This document shows positions 25,926 through 34,720 of a stretch of 46,963 bases of DNA, in pieces. The translations under genes and the position numbers were made by a program. This DNA comes from a virus (Duplodnaviria > Caudoviricetes), in the IMG/VR virus record IMGVR_UViG_3300036825_000059, positions 1-46,963 of that record; one strand, 5' to 3'. Under the pieces are notes generated by a model. The model was given only the letters and a program-made list of their open reading frames with translations, made no database searches and was not told the origin of the DNA. Positions within the stretch are counted from its first letter, which is position 1. Every line of letters starts with the position of its first letter.

Positions 25926-26896
25926 CGTCTGCCCCTGATAAGGCGGTCGACGCTGTAGACGCGCGGGTGCGGACCCTCGCGGCCGATGTTCGTTACCAGC
26001 TCCTCGCCGTCGAGCGTGTTGTCGTCGTCGTCGTCGATAACGTCGACTTCCGAGCCGTCGCCGTGTTTCTTTTTCTTATGGACCTTCTGGAACGTGCCGC
26101 CGATACAGGTCACGGTCGAGAGCCAATCCCCCTGAAAATAATCGCCGGTATGCTGTACGGCCACGACCTTATAGCCGCCGTTATAGTGCGGCTCAATCGA
26201 CACGACCCGCACCACGCCGCCCACCGTGATAGCCGGATTGCAAAGGCACTTGACCTCAAGCCCGTTATCCGTCTGAAGCGGCATGCCAACCATGCCGGTT
26301 TCCTGCGAGATAAGCGGCCCCTCACCCGCGAGCGCGGCATTGGCCGGGAGCATCACAACCTGACCATCCTGGATACACCAGTCCGCATTGTTCGCGCGCG
26401 CGAGGTTTGACAGCGCATTGCGCGAGTTACCGCAGTACACGCGCGGGCGCGCGCTGCCGGCCGTGCGGGTCACGGCCATCGTGCCGCGCGTGGTATCGGG
26501 CATCGTGCCCGCGAGCGCAACGGCCGCTTCCGCGTCGGTCGTGCCCGCCGGTAGGGTCATGTTTACGCGCGCCTGCGTGAAAGCGTGCGAGCCGTCGCCG
26601 CATTCCATGTCGAGCACGAAGTCCATGCCATCGCGCAAAACGTTCCGCTTGATAATGTCGCCGGCATAGATAAGCCGGGTCGCCTCGTAACCGACCGACA
26701 GCGCGAGCGTTTTGTACTGGCCAGAAAGCACCGCGCCGCGATGCTCTTTCGTGAGGTTCCAGACGCGGATTTTCGCGGGGTTCGGATGCTTGTCGAGCGA
26801 CTTGGTTACATCAAAAGCCATGCGCAGATTGTCGAACATGAACCCGTCCGACTGGTTGCCAATGACGAGCTGGTAGCGTCGGCCGAACTGTTTCAC
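25922..26896 (-). CDS. Baseplate hub protein
   Basis: PNPAKIRVWNL..LSVGY..ECGDG..ETGMVGMP..GGYKV..HTGD. Confidence 0.85.
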   Translation of the reverse strand: MKQFGRRYQLVIGNQSDGFMFDNLRMAFDVTKSLDKHPNPAKIRVWNLTKEHRGAVLSGQYKTLALSVGYEATRLIYAGDIIKRNVLRDGMDFVLDMECGDGSHAFTQARVNMTLPAGTTDAEAAVALAGTMPDTTRGTMAVTRTAGSARPRVYCGNSRNALSNLARANNADWCIQDGQVVMLPANAALAGEGPLISQETGMVGMPLQTDNGLEVKCLCNPAITVGGVVRVVSIEPHYNGGYKVVAVQHTGDYFQGDWLSTVTCIGGTFQKVHKKKKHGDGSEVDVIDDDDDNTLDGEELVTNIGREGPHPRVYSVDRLIRGRR

Positions 26897-27231
26897 ACGA
26901 CCTCCAGCGCGAGCTCTGCGCGAATCTCGTCAAGCGTGCCTATCACCAGCACGCAGCGCGTACCGAGCTCGTCGGCGCTGACCGGATCGAACCCTTCGGC
27001 CGACAGGTCCGCGAGCATGAATACCCACGCGCGGCCGAACCGCTGGCCGATCGGCGTCCCCACTTCCAGGGGTACGTACTGCGCTACATAGGCGTCCTCG
27101 TCCACGTCGAAAATGTCCATGTACCAGTGCGTACCAACGCTGTTCCAGACGATCGTGAGCTGTAGAACATCGTCGCCAAAGCGGATTGTCATCTGCTGGT
27201 TAGGCGTCGAGTCGGCCGGTATCAGGTTCAT
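26893..27231 (-). CDS. Baseplate plug / small baseplate protein
   Basis: Position between Dit-like and hub genes; PNQQMTI..WYMDI. Confidence 0.72.
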   Translation of the reverse strand: MNLIPADSTPNQQMTIRFGDDVLQLTIVWNSVGTHWYMDIFDVDEDAYVAQYVPLEVGTPIGQRFGRAWVFMLADLSAEGFDPVSADELGTRCVLVIGTLDEIRAELALEVV

Positions 27232-28025
27232 GAACCACCCCGGATAGAGTCGACGAGCGCGCGCAACGCTGATTTTTTCGTGGCGTCGCTGGCTTCGGGC
27301 GTCTGGACGTTGCCCTTGTTTTTCGTCGACATGGATTGCGAACCGGACCGGCCGCTTTTGTTGCCCGAGCCCGGCGCCCCACTGACTGTTATCCCGCTTA
27401 CGGTCTGCGTCTCAACGATGAAAATCTCCTGAGCCGTGATCGAGATTTCCGCGCTGCCATCGTAAAGCTGAAGCATGCTCACGGCCGCCAGCAGCATGTT
27501 TTCGTAATGCTGCGAGCCGGTGATTATCTCGACGGTCTCGCCGCTTTTCTGGACCGCGCGCAGATTGTCGAAAACCTGTTCTACGCGCTTGGTGCCGCTC
27601 GACATATCGAGCGTATCGACGGGCGAAAAGTCGGGCAACCAGGGCGCCAGCGGCCGCGCGATATTGAGTCCCGAGGCGATCGCGCCGGCATACGATGAAG
27701 CGGGACTAAGCAGGCGCGCGGCCTGATAGTTCGTCTCGTTCGTGAAGGTCTGCACGCGCGCGGGCATCGGAATAACGTCCAGGAAGTCCGGACCCCGGCG
27801 CGGGACGATGCTGTCTGTCGGCGCGATGTTCACGCCGGCCGCGAGCCAGTCGACCATTTTTCCCTGAATCATCAGCTTCCGGCCTTCCAGCACCGCATGA
27901 TCGGCCACCACCGCGCCCGATTCGATCGGGTTTTCGGTTATGCGCAAAGTGCTGTCGTGCGACTCGCGCACGGTCTGGTCGAGCCGAACCGTCCCGATCG
28001 AGCGGGAGATTACATAAACGTCCAC
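27228..28025 (-). CDS. Dit-like tail tube initiator / baseplate protein
   Basis: ESH..ITENPIESGAVVADHA..TG..YENML. Confidence 0.8.
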   Translation of the reverse strand: MDVYVISRSIGTVRLDQTVRESHDSTLRITENPIESGAVVADHAVLEGRKLMIQGKMVDWLAAGVNIAPTDSIVPRRGPDFLDVIPMPARVQTFTNETNYQAARLLSPASSYAGAIASGLNIARPLAPWLPDFSPVDTLDMSSGTKRVEQVFDNLRAVQKSGETVEIITGSQHYENMLLAAVSMLQLYDGSAEISITAQEIFIVETQTVSGITVSGAPGSGNKSGRSGSQSMSTKNKGNVQTPEASDATKKSALRALVDSIRGGS

Positions 28026-28034
28026 GGCGCCCCC

Positions 28035-29690
28035 TTATTGGACGACCGTCGGCGTGGTCGTGGCAGTCGTTCGGCGGGCCGTATCGGTCAGCGCGCGCGC
28101 CGCTTCGCGCCCGGCGGCCGCCGGGTCGGTGCTCTGAATGTTTATGTCGACGTGCTGGGTGAGATTTGAGCCGCCCCCAGCCGCCCCGGTGGGGCTGGCC
28201 GATGGTGTCGTAACGGGCGCCGAGACCGGGGGCGCTGCGAGCGCTGTGGGCGTCTGCGCGCCGGCATTGGCCACGCCTACCGCGTTCGCTGCGGCTTTCA
28301 CGGCGTTGACCACGCCGCCGCCTTGCGCAAGCGTGCTAATGAACGCGCCCGCGCGCCCGAGCGTGTTGTCGATTAGCGTTGATATCGCGCCAAAGACGTC
28401 CTGGGCGAATGACTTTATCCGCGAGAGCGACGATATCCAGGCGTCGACGAAGCCGGGCAGATCGCCCCGGAACATCGCCATAATCGCGTGCCAGAGGTCG
28501 GCCAGCATGCCGTTAAAGAGCTGCGCGGCCGCGATCGCGATGGCGAAGCCCGACTGAAACACGTCGCCCAGGGTGATCGCGAAATATTCGAGGATCGGTT
28601 TGGCGGCGGTGTACAGCGCCTCGAACTGCGCGCCGATTTCCTGAAGGTTGGCCCACACCTCTTTCGTGCCGTCGAGGAACGGCCCCCAAAACGAGGCGAG
28701 AACCGAGTCGCCGCCCTTAAGGTACGTCATCAGGTCATCAATCAGCAGCAGCAGGCCGGCCACGGCCGCGACGATCCACGTAATCGGGTTGAGCAACATC
28801 GCCCGATTGAGGATCGCCCACGCCGCCGCCAGTAGCAGGATGGCCGCCTTCCATCCGATCGTGCCTTTAACGAGCTGGTCGAGGAACGAAACAAAGTTGC
28901 TGATAACCTGAATCACGTACCCGGCCACCGTAAAGAGGCGCATGAGCCCGTCCTGGACGAGCTGCCGGTTAACCGTAAACCACGTCTTGAACCCGCCAAT
29001 CATGCGGTCCATCGTCGGTATCAACGAAAGGCCGATCATCGTGCGAAACTGCGTGAGCCCGAATTTCAGGTCTTTGAAACGATTGTTGATGTTGCTCGCG
29101 GCTTCGGCCTGTTCGTCGCTGTTGACGCCCCACTCGCGCGCCTGGTCTATGAGCTTGCCGAATTCGGTACCGGTCATGGCCAGGACCTGACGCATGGACG
29201 CATCTATCCCGAGACGCGACAGGAACGCGGTCTGTTGCTGCGCGTTCATGTGTTGCATCTTGCCCTGTATCTGCCCGATAACGTCGCCCATATCGCGCAT
29301 GGTGCCGTCTGCGTTCTTAACGCTGATCCCGAACTTCTGGAACATCTTGGCGCCGCGCCCTACCCCGTTCATGGCCTCGCCCATCACGCGCGATAGACCC
29401 ATCACGGACGAACGCGCCGCCTCGGTCGAGGAGCCCATCTGTTCGGCCGCGTAGCCGAGTTCCTGAATGAACGCGACAGACGTCCCGGAGTTTTGCGCCA
29501 TCGTGCCGAGGTCGTCGAGGTCGCCCACGGCTTTAGCGAAGTACGCCCCCACCGCACCAATGGCGCCGGTAATCAGGCCGACCACGGCCGTCGCCGTTGC
29601 GCCGATCGCGACAAGCTGCTCGCGGTACTTGGTCGCGCTCGCCGTGTCGCCCACCACGCCGAGCTTGACAAGGTATTCGTCGATTAGCAT
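28035..29690 (-). CDS. Tape measure protein (short, 551 aa)
   Basis: LIDEYLVKLG start, helical Ala/Gly-rich, hydrophobic central segments, LLIDDLMTY..GG.S. Confidence 0.88.
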   Translation of the reverse strand: MLIDEYLVKLGVVGDTASATKYREQLVAIGATATAVVGLITGAIGAVGAYFAKAVGDLDDLGTMAQNSGTSVAFIQELGYAAEQMGSSTEAARSSVMGLSRVMGEAMNGVGRGAKMFQKFGISVKNADGTMRDMGDVIGQIQGKMQHMNAQQQTAFLSRLGIDASMRQVLAMTGTEFGKLIDQAREWGVNSDEQAEAASNINNRFKDLKFGLTQFRTMIGLSLIPTMDRMIGGFKTWFTVNRQLVQDGLMRLFTVAGYVIQVISNFVSFLDQLVKGTIGWKAAILLLAAAWAILNRAMLLNPITWIVAAVAGLLLLIDDLMTYLKGGDSVLASFWGPFLDGTKEVWANLQEIGAQFEALYTAAKPILEYFAITLGDVFQSGFAIAIAAAQLFNGMLADLWHAIMAMFRGDLPGFVDAWISSLSRIKSFAQDVFGAISTLIDNTLGRAGAFISTLAQGGGVVNAVKAAANAVGVANAGAQTPTALAAPPVSAPVTTPSASPTGAAGGGSNLTQHVDINIQSTDPAAAGREAARALTDTARRTTATTTPTVVQ

Positions 29691-29694
29691 GGCA

Positions 29695-29907
29695 TCACTT
29701 CCGCGCGTGGGCTTCGTCCCACGCGTCGATCGCGTCGTGGAAGTCCATCAGGTCGTCCAGCGTATAGACGGTGCGCAGTTCGTGCATCGTGCAAAGTCCG
29801 CGCATGATCGGCTTGTAGTAAAGCCAGTTCACACCTGAGCCGTCTCGAACAGGGAGCGTAACTTGTCCGGTACCAGGAATGCGGCGGCGCCCCCAGCGCG
29901 AAAAAAA
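29695..29907 (-). CDS. -1 frameshift extension of tail assembly chaperone (gpGT-like)
   Basis: Open -1 frame from T TTT TTT to VNWLYYKPIMRGLCTMHELRTVYTLDDLMDFHDAIDAWDEAHARK*. Confidence 0.75.
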   Translation of the reverse strand, partial: FFSRWGRRRIPGTGQVTLPVRDGSGVNWLYYKPIMRGLCTMHELRTVYTLDDLMDFHDAIDAWDEAHARK

Positions 29908-30281
29908 CGGCCGAACTGAAACCCGAAACTTTTGGCAATGATCGGAATGTAATGCGACGGGTACGCGTTCATGTGCGCGTCGTAACGATCGGCAAACCGG
30001 TACGCTTTCTCGTTCGCGCGCGAGACGTTGACCTGAGCTATCAGGTAGTCACGCACGGCCTTGAATTCCTGGCTGCTCAGGTGCGCGAGGATCGAGCCGA
30101 GCGGCAATTCCTTGATATCGCCCGCGCCCTTGTTCGCCTCGACCTTGCTCATGTCGAGTTTGATTTCGGACAGCATGGGCGCGAGTGACAATGCCACTTC
30201 TACGGCGGGCGCGGCGTTGGCCAGATTGATGATGTACGTTACATCGTCCAGCACGAAGCGCAGTTCGTTTTTCTGTTCCAT
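29829..30281 (-). CDS. Tail assembly chaperone (gpG-like)
   Basis: Between tube and tape measure; strong RBS; slippery site near 3' end. Confidence 0.8.
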   Translation of the reverse strand: MEQKNELRFVLDDVTYIINLANAAPAVEVALSLAPMLSEIKLDMSKVEANKGAGDIKELPLGSILAHLSSQEFKAVRDYLIAQVNVSRANEKAYRFADRYDAHMNAYPSHYIPIIAKSFGFQFGRFFRAGGAAAFLVPDKLRSLFETAQV

Positions 30282-30307
30282 GATTGCTCCCTCCCTTCGT
30301 TATGGCG

Positions 30308-30742
30308 TTACTCGAACAGACCGCGTTCGATCCGCATGGCCATCTGTTCAAAGATGAAAGTCCACGTCATCGGGTTATGGGTTGAGCCGCGTGTGTAGTG
30401 CGGTGGCGTCGTGAAATAGCCACTGGCGCCCGTTACCACGTCCTCATTGAGCAAGTCGCGGATGGATAGCTCCAGCGGGACGAACGTTTTTATGCTGCTG
30501 CGCTGCGAGCGTCGCAAGGTGTCCAGATACGCGTTATCGCGTGAGTGCTGCTTGATTTGCAGCACCAGAGAGCCGGACTCGTCGGGGTTCTGGATGAACA
30601 CGCCGCGCCCGCCGGCGCCCACGGTCAGCGCTCCATGATCGACAGCAAACTCAGCCACAATCACGTCGCCCCCGTCCGACCAATCCTGAATGCGATAGTC
30701 GTTAATGAGGACCGACACCTGCTTAGGGTCAAAGACGGCCAT
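30308..30742 (-). CDS. Tail tube protein (DUF3277-like)
   Basis: VFDPKQVSVLIN..VGAGGRGVF..SGSL; follows sheath. Confidence 0.85.
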   Translation of the reverse strand: MAVFDPKQVSVLINDYRIQDWSDGGDVIVAEFAVDHGALTVGAGGRGVFIQNPDESGSLVLQIKQHSRDNAYLDTLRRSQRSSIKTFVPLELSIRDLLNEDVVTGASGYFTTPPHYTRGSTHNPMTWTFIFEQMAMRIERGLFE

Positions 30743-30754
30743 GTGCGCCTCCTG

Positions 30755-32257
30755 TTAGCGGTCAAAGTTGACAATCACATCTGCGGAGTGGATCGCGCCC
30801 GCGAGCTTGAGCGCCACCTGGATCGGGGGCGCCTTGCGTTCCTGACGATCGGAGACGGACAACGTGTCGACGCTATCCGCGTAGATATAAAAGCCCTGGT
30901 CGAGCATGTCGCCCGTTTCCAGCGAGCCGAACGGGTCGCCGTTCCAGATGCCCGGCGCAAACGCGCCATTGCGCACACCCTCACGGCTCGCGGATTCGAT
31001 CGCGCGTAGCAGCCGGTGCGTGCCGGGGTCGGTGAGCGGGACCTTGGTCGGGGACTGATAGAGGACCGCGAAAACGTTCTTCTGAACCGCGTCGCAGTAC
31101 CAGTCGAGGATATGAACCTCGTCGAAGAACCGCCCGCCGATAACCGTGCCTTCAGCCACCATCGGCACGGTGTCGAAATACGCGTAGTAGTTCACGCCGA
31201 GCGCCTTGCATGCGGCCGCTTCGGTCTCGGTGAGCGGGATAGGCGCGACGGTCGGTTGCTGCTTGAATTTCATCGTGAGCGTGGTATTGCTGCCCGCGAA
31301 ATTGACGGACAGACCGCGCGCGAGAAACGAGACGATCGCGTAAGGGTTCGTGTGGTCGTATTGCGCGGCCACGCGATAGGCCTGCTGGTCGTAAAGCTGC
31401 CGGATGGGATTGTTGGAGCCCTGCGAGATTTGCGCCGGGTCCATCAGCGTGAGCCCGAACAGCTTCCGGTCGGCGCCCATGATGTAGTTCGCCGTCGACA
31501 GGATTTCCGCGTCCGTGAGCGGCGCCTTGACCACGACTGCGGCGTACCAGTCCTGATACACCTGGGAGAGCGCCTGAAGCGCTTCGGGGATGGTTGCGGC
31601 CGGAATCGTTACCTGTTCGGTACCGGGAATGGTGTAGGTCGGCGCGACGTTATCGAGCCCGAGCAACGTCCCGAGATAGCCCGAGCCCGAGCCGGTCACA
31701 AAGCCGAGCTGGATGGACGTGCCCGCCGTGCGCGATTCGATAATGAACCGCGTGCCGGCGCTGTCGAACCGGCAACCGATGCCATCGGCCGTGATTGCGC
31801 CGTCAATAATCGTAGCGATTTGCGCGTAGGTCGTGGCCGTGCTCAGGTCGATATCGGTATAGGTGCGCGGGACGCCGTTGATTGGAAGCGTGAAGGTGCC
31901 TTCACTGATCGCCGCAATCTGCGCGACGCTCGCCGTAACGGGTCGACCCATCAGCGCAGCGGCCGCCGCCGGTACCGTCGAGCCTTCGGCGTCCCATCGC
32001 GCCACGATGATCGTTTTCGGGCGGGGCGTCTGCGCAAAGAACGGGGTCGCCGCCCGGTAGGTTTCGCTCTGCGTGCCGAACGCCTGGCCGATCGCCTGGA
32101 GCGTCGAATACAGCAGGAAAAGCGAGCCCTGCTCATTAAAGGGCGTGACTTCCGGGGTCAGCAGCACGACCGCGCCAAAGTTGCGACGCAAAGGCGCGTT
32201 TGGCTGAAGGTTGAGCTGCACATTAACAATGAGCGAAAGCGGGAGTGAGGTGGTCAT
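30755..32257 (-). CDS. Tail sheath protein (DUF3383-like)
   Basis: RRNFG..FFAQTPRP..TMKFKQQP..FFDEVHILDW..KVPLTD.G..KLAGAIH; start MTTSLPL. Confidence 0.92.
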   Translation of the reverse strand: MTTSLPLSLIVNVQLNLQPNAPLRRNFGAVVLLTPEVTPFNEQGSLFLLYSTLQAIGQAFGTQSETYRAATPFFAQTPRPKTIIVARWDAEGSTVPAAAAALMGRPVTASVAQIAAISEGTFTLPINGVPRTYTDIDLSTATTYAQIATIIDGAITADGIGCRFDSAGTRFIIESRTAGTSIQLGFVTGSGSGYLGTLLGLDNVAPTYTIPGTEQVTIPAATIPEALQALSQVYQDWYAAVVVKAPLTDAEILSTANYIMGADRKLFGLTLMDPAQISQGSNNPIRQLYDQQAYRVAAQYDHTNPYAIVSFLARGLSVNFAGSNTTLTMKFKQQPTVAPIPLTETEAAACKALGVNYYAYFDTVPMVAEGTVIGGRFFDEVHILDWYCDAVQKNVFAVLYQSPTKVPLTDPGTHRLLRAIESASREGVRNGAFAPGIWNGDPFGSLETGDMLDQGFYIYADSVDTLSVSDRQERKAPPIQVALKLAGAIHSADVIVNFDR

Positions 32258-32271
32258 TTCGCGTATCCAAT

Positions 32272-32300
32272 AAAAAAGCCCCGCTGCGGGGGCGGGGCTC
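32272..32300 (-). terminator. Intrinsic terminator just upstream of the sheath gene
   Basis: Minus: AGCCCCGC-ccccgca-GCGGGGCT-TTTTT. Confidence 0.75.
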
Positions 32301-32312
32301 AATCTGCAAAAC

Positions 32313-32336
32313 TTGCGAAATTGCGCAATTTCGCAA
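32313..32336. repeat. Perfect 24-bp palindrome
   Basis: TTGCGAAATTGCGCAATTTCGCAA. Confidence 0.9.
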
Positions 32337-32344
32337 ACTCTCTG

Positions 32345-32884
32345 TTATGCGCTGTCGTCGGGCGGTTCTATCTGAATGTGTTCCACGCCGTGCGGCTCGT
32401 AATGCACGTCGATATTGGCGCGGCGAATCGACTCCAGACCGACCTCATAACTCTCATTGACGCTCACGACCATCTGAAACCGTGCGCGCTCCTCAGGCGA
32501 TCCAGCGAGCCCCGTCAGGTCCATGACCTGGCCAATGCTCACCATGCCCGCAGACAGCCGGCGGAATAACGCCTGCCCCTGTTCCGATTGCAGGACCGCC
32601 GCCGCCTTTCTCGCGAACGGATAGGCGTCGGTCCCGTATGCCTCGAAAGTCCACGTGTCCATAGTCGAGGTCGTGATTTTTTCTAACTCGTTGTGGCCGT
32701 CAAAATCCGATCGCGCCGGGCCTTGCGGATCGCTCGTCGACATGGACAGCACGACGAAAGGCCGGTCTCCAGTCGGACCCGCGCCCCATGCTTGCCGAAC
32801 GTCGCCCTCAGGCAACGTCAAAAGCAGCGCCACCCGGCGCCGCAGTTCCCAGGTGTCGAACCGCTGTACTGTCGTAAAAGCCAT
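32345..32884 (-). CDS. Neck / tail terminator protein
   Basis: Position before sheath; start MAFTTVQ; EERARFQM motif. Confidence 0.75.
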   Translation of the reverse strand: MAFTTVQRFDTWELRRRVALLLTLPEGDVRQAWGAGPTGDRPFVVLSMSTSDPQGPARSDFDGHNELEKITTSTMDTWTFEAYGTDAYPFARKAAAVLQSEQGQALFRRLSAGMVSIGQVMDLTGLAGSPEERARFQMVVSVNESYEVGLESIRRANIDVHYEPHGVEHIQIEPPDDSA

Positions 32885-33176
32885 AGTCGCTCCAGTTCCC
32901 GCGCGCGAATACGCGCCACGTATCGCCGCCCCAATAAATGAGGTCGCCATAGCCGACTTGCTGGACGCTGTAGACCTTGATGCCGGGTAGCTGCCGCTCG
33001 CCCTCTTCCAGCATCTGCATGGCGTCGGGCGGCGCCGGATGCACGGCGGCGTCGAGCTGGCCACGCTCGTAGCTCTCAATCCATCGCCCGCCCGGGTCAT
33101 ACGCGCCCGCGCGACGGTCAATATCGACGACCTGATACCACTCAGGATCGAAAATCACGTCCGATAGATTCATCAT
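32808..33176 (-). CDS. Head closure / head-tail joining protein
   Basis: NLSDVIFDP..G.W..LEEGER..GDLIYW..WRV..NWSDYGF. Confidence 0.78.
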   Translation of the reverse strand: MMNLSDVIFDPEWYQVVDIDRRAGAYDPGGRWIESYERGQLDAAVHPAPPDAMQMLEEGERQLPGIKVYSVQQVGYGDLIYWGGDTWRVFARGNWSDYGFYDSTAVRHLGTAAPGGAAFDVA

Positions 33177-33658
33177 CGCGTCTGCCCCGTCTTGCGCACG
33201 ATGCCGGTGGCCGCGCTGCGCAACTGGCCTTCATCAATGAGCGGGACCGACGAGCCCTTGCGTTTGATCGTCGCCGCCTTCAGCGGTACGAACGCGGGCG
33301 ATGGGTGCGTGAGCTCCATTTTTATCCCGGCTTCGGCCGCGAGCGCGAGCCGTCCGTAAGCCTGTTCGACAGTGAGCTCGCCCGCATAGGCGCGGCGCAG
33401 ATCGCCCGCCAATTGGTTCGAGTATTGCCGGCGCCGGTTCTCGACCGACTGCCGCAGGAACCGGCGTTCCGGGATGCCCGCGCCGGGCGCCCCGAGGTCG
33501 TGAATCGCGGCGAGCGTGGCATTGTTAATGTGGCTGCCCTCATGCTGGCCAGAGCCCGCCGGATAGCCCGCCAGCACTTCCATTTTCGGGGTCGACATGA
33601 CCCGCTCGAGGATGCTGTCGAGTTTCGAGTAATCGAACGGCGGGCCGTATTGCGCCAT
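33173..33658 (-). CDS. Neck protein (tail completion-like)
   Basis: LAAIHDLGA..IPERRFLR..TIKRKGSSVPLIDEGQLR. Confidence 0.82.
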   Translation of the reverse strand: MAQYGPPFDYSKLDSILERVMSTPKMEVLAGYPAGSGQHEGSHINNATLAAIHDLGAPGAGIPERRFLRQSVENRRRQYSNQLAGDLRRAYAGELTVEQAYGRLALAAEAGIKMELTHPSPAFVPLKAATIKRKGSSVPLIDEGQLRSAATGIVRKTGQTR

Positions 33659-33668
33659 GACCTTTCCC

Positions 33669-33818
33669 CTAATGCGCGAGCATCGCGAGAATTTCAGACA
33701 GCACCCAGCACGCGAGCCCGGCGCCCATCAGGTTAAAACGCGAGTTGGTGAAGCCCACGGCCACGGCCACGAACAGCACGAACGCGACGACGAGAAGTAA
33801 CAGCCCGATCGCTACCAT
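33669..33818 (-). CDS. 49-aa two-TM membrane protein (not in ORF track)
   Basis: MVAIGLLLLVVAFVLFVAVAVGFTNSRFNLMGAGLACWVLSEILAMLAH; GGGAG RBS; fills the gap. Confidence 0.7.
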   Translation of the reverse strand: MVAIGLLLLVVAFVLFVAVAVGFTNSRFNLMGAGLACWVLSEILAMLAH

Positions 33819-33831
33819 GATGACTCCCACG

Positions 33832-34305
33832 TCACACCCCCGGCCAACGATACGGGCCTAGCTCGTCGTGCCCGACCTGCTGGCCGGGTTCGCGCGTATC
33901 GCCCACGCCTAGCACCACCGCGCCCATGCCGCGAATGCGGGCCATTGAATACCACTCCTGTCCGTAGCTCGTCAGCGCCAGAAAGCCCGGTGTACTGCCG
34001 TCGCCAGATGCTCCACCCACTGCGCTGTAGTTCGTGGATAGCGCGCCAGCCTTGCGGCCTGAGACAAACGTCGAGATACCCGTCGCTGCCGCGCCGCCGC
34101 CCGCCTTGCGTGCGCGCTGGTTCGCCACGGCAAGGAAGTGCGCCGCCAGAGTACAAACGCCCTTGATGTATGTTTTCCCCCAGGCCGCGTAACCATTCCA
34201 CGGTAGGGCATCGTCAAGCGCCGTCTGTATCTGCGCGTCATCATTCGCTACGAATTCCGGAAAGCGGGCGCGGAAGTCCGCAACGGTGACAACCGGCGTA
34301 CTCAC
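33832..34305 (-). CDS. Head-tail adaptor (DUF4054-like)
   Basis: FRARFPEF..LAAHFL..LTSYGQEW. Confidence 0.85.
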   Translation of the reverse strand: MSTPVVTVADFRARFPEFVANDDAQIQTALDDALPWNGYAAWGKTYIKGVCTLAAHFLAVANQRARKAGGGAAATGISTFVSGRKAGALSTNYSAVGGASGDGSTPGFLALTSYGQEWYSMARIRGMGAVVLGVGDTREPGQQVGHDELGPYRWPGV

Positions 34306-34661
34306 TTGCGCGTCCCTTTTTTTGAGCGTGCGCGTTGAGCCTCCTCCTGGGCTGCATCTTCCTGGGCGGCCTGTTCCTGTTCGCTGACCGGCTGGTTGGT
34401 GTGCTCGTCCTCCGTCGACTCCTCGACCGATTCGGCCTCAATGAGCGCCTGTCCGAACGGCGTTTCCTTGAACTTCGCCCACGCATCGGCGCCGACCGGC
34501 GTCACGCGTTCGGGGCGGATGGTCGTCGTCGCGCCGCCGACGCCTGGCACGACATAAGGCGTCTTGGTGTTGTTCCGGATAAACACCTTTTTGTCGTCGG
34601 CCTTGGGCTTCGCGGCGCCCTTCGGATCGGTCGTTTTCGGTTGCTGCTTGGGGTCGGTCAT
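34302..34661 (-). CDS. Hypothetical virion-associated protein
   Basis: After major capsid gene; GGAG RBS; overlaps adaptor start. Confidence 0.72.
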   Translation of the reverse strand: MTDPKQQPKTTDPKGAAKPKADDKKVFIRNNTKTPYVVPGVGGATTTIRPERVTPVGADAWAKFKETPFGQALIEAESVEESTEDEHTNQPVSEQEQAAQEDAAQEEAQRARSKKGTRK

Positions 34662-34720
34662 GGCTCATTGCTCCAGATAACGTTAATTGGTGAACACATA
34701 AATTTATGTGCTCGCGCGGC

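Noticed and set aside
31016-32248. Long + strand ORFs opposite structural genes (also 5472-6290, 42865-43797 and similar)
   Set aside because: Antisense shadow frames of high-GC genes with no motifs
32313-32336. Palindrome as a protelomerase target (linear N15-like plasmid)
   Set aside because: No protelomerase gene; the recombinase is integrase-sized and distant; the contig shows direct rather than hairpin ends
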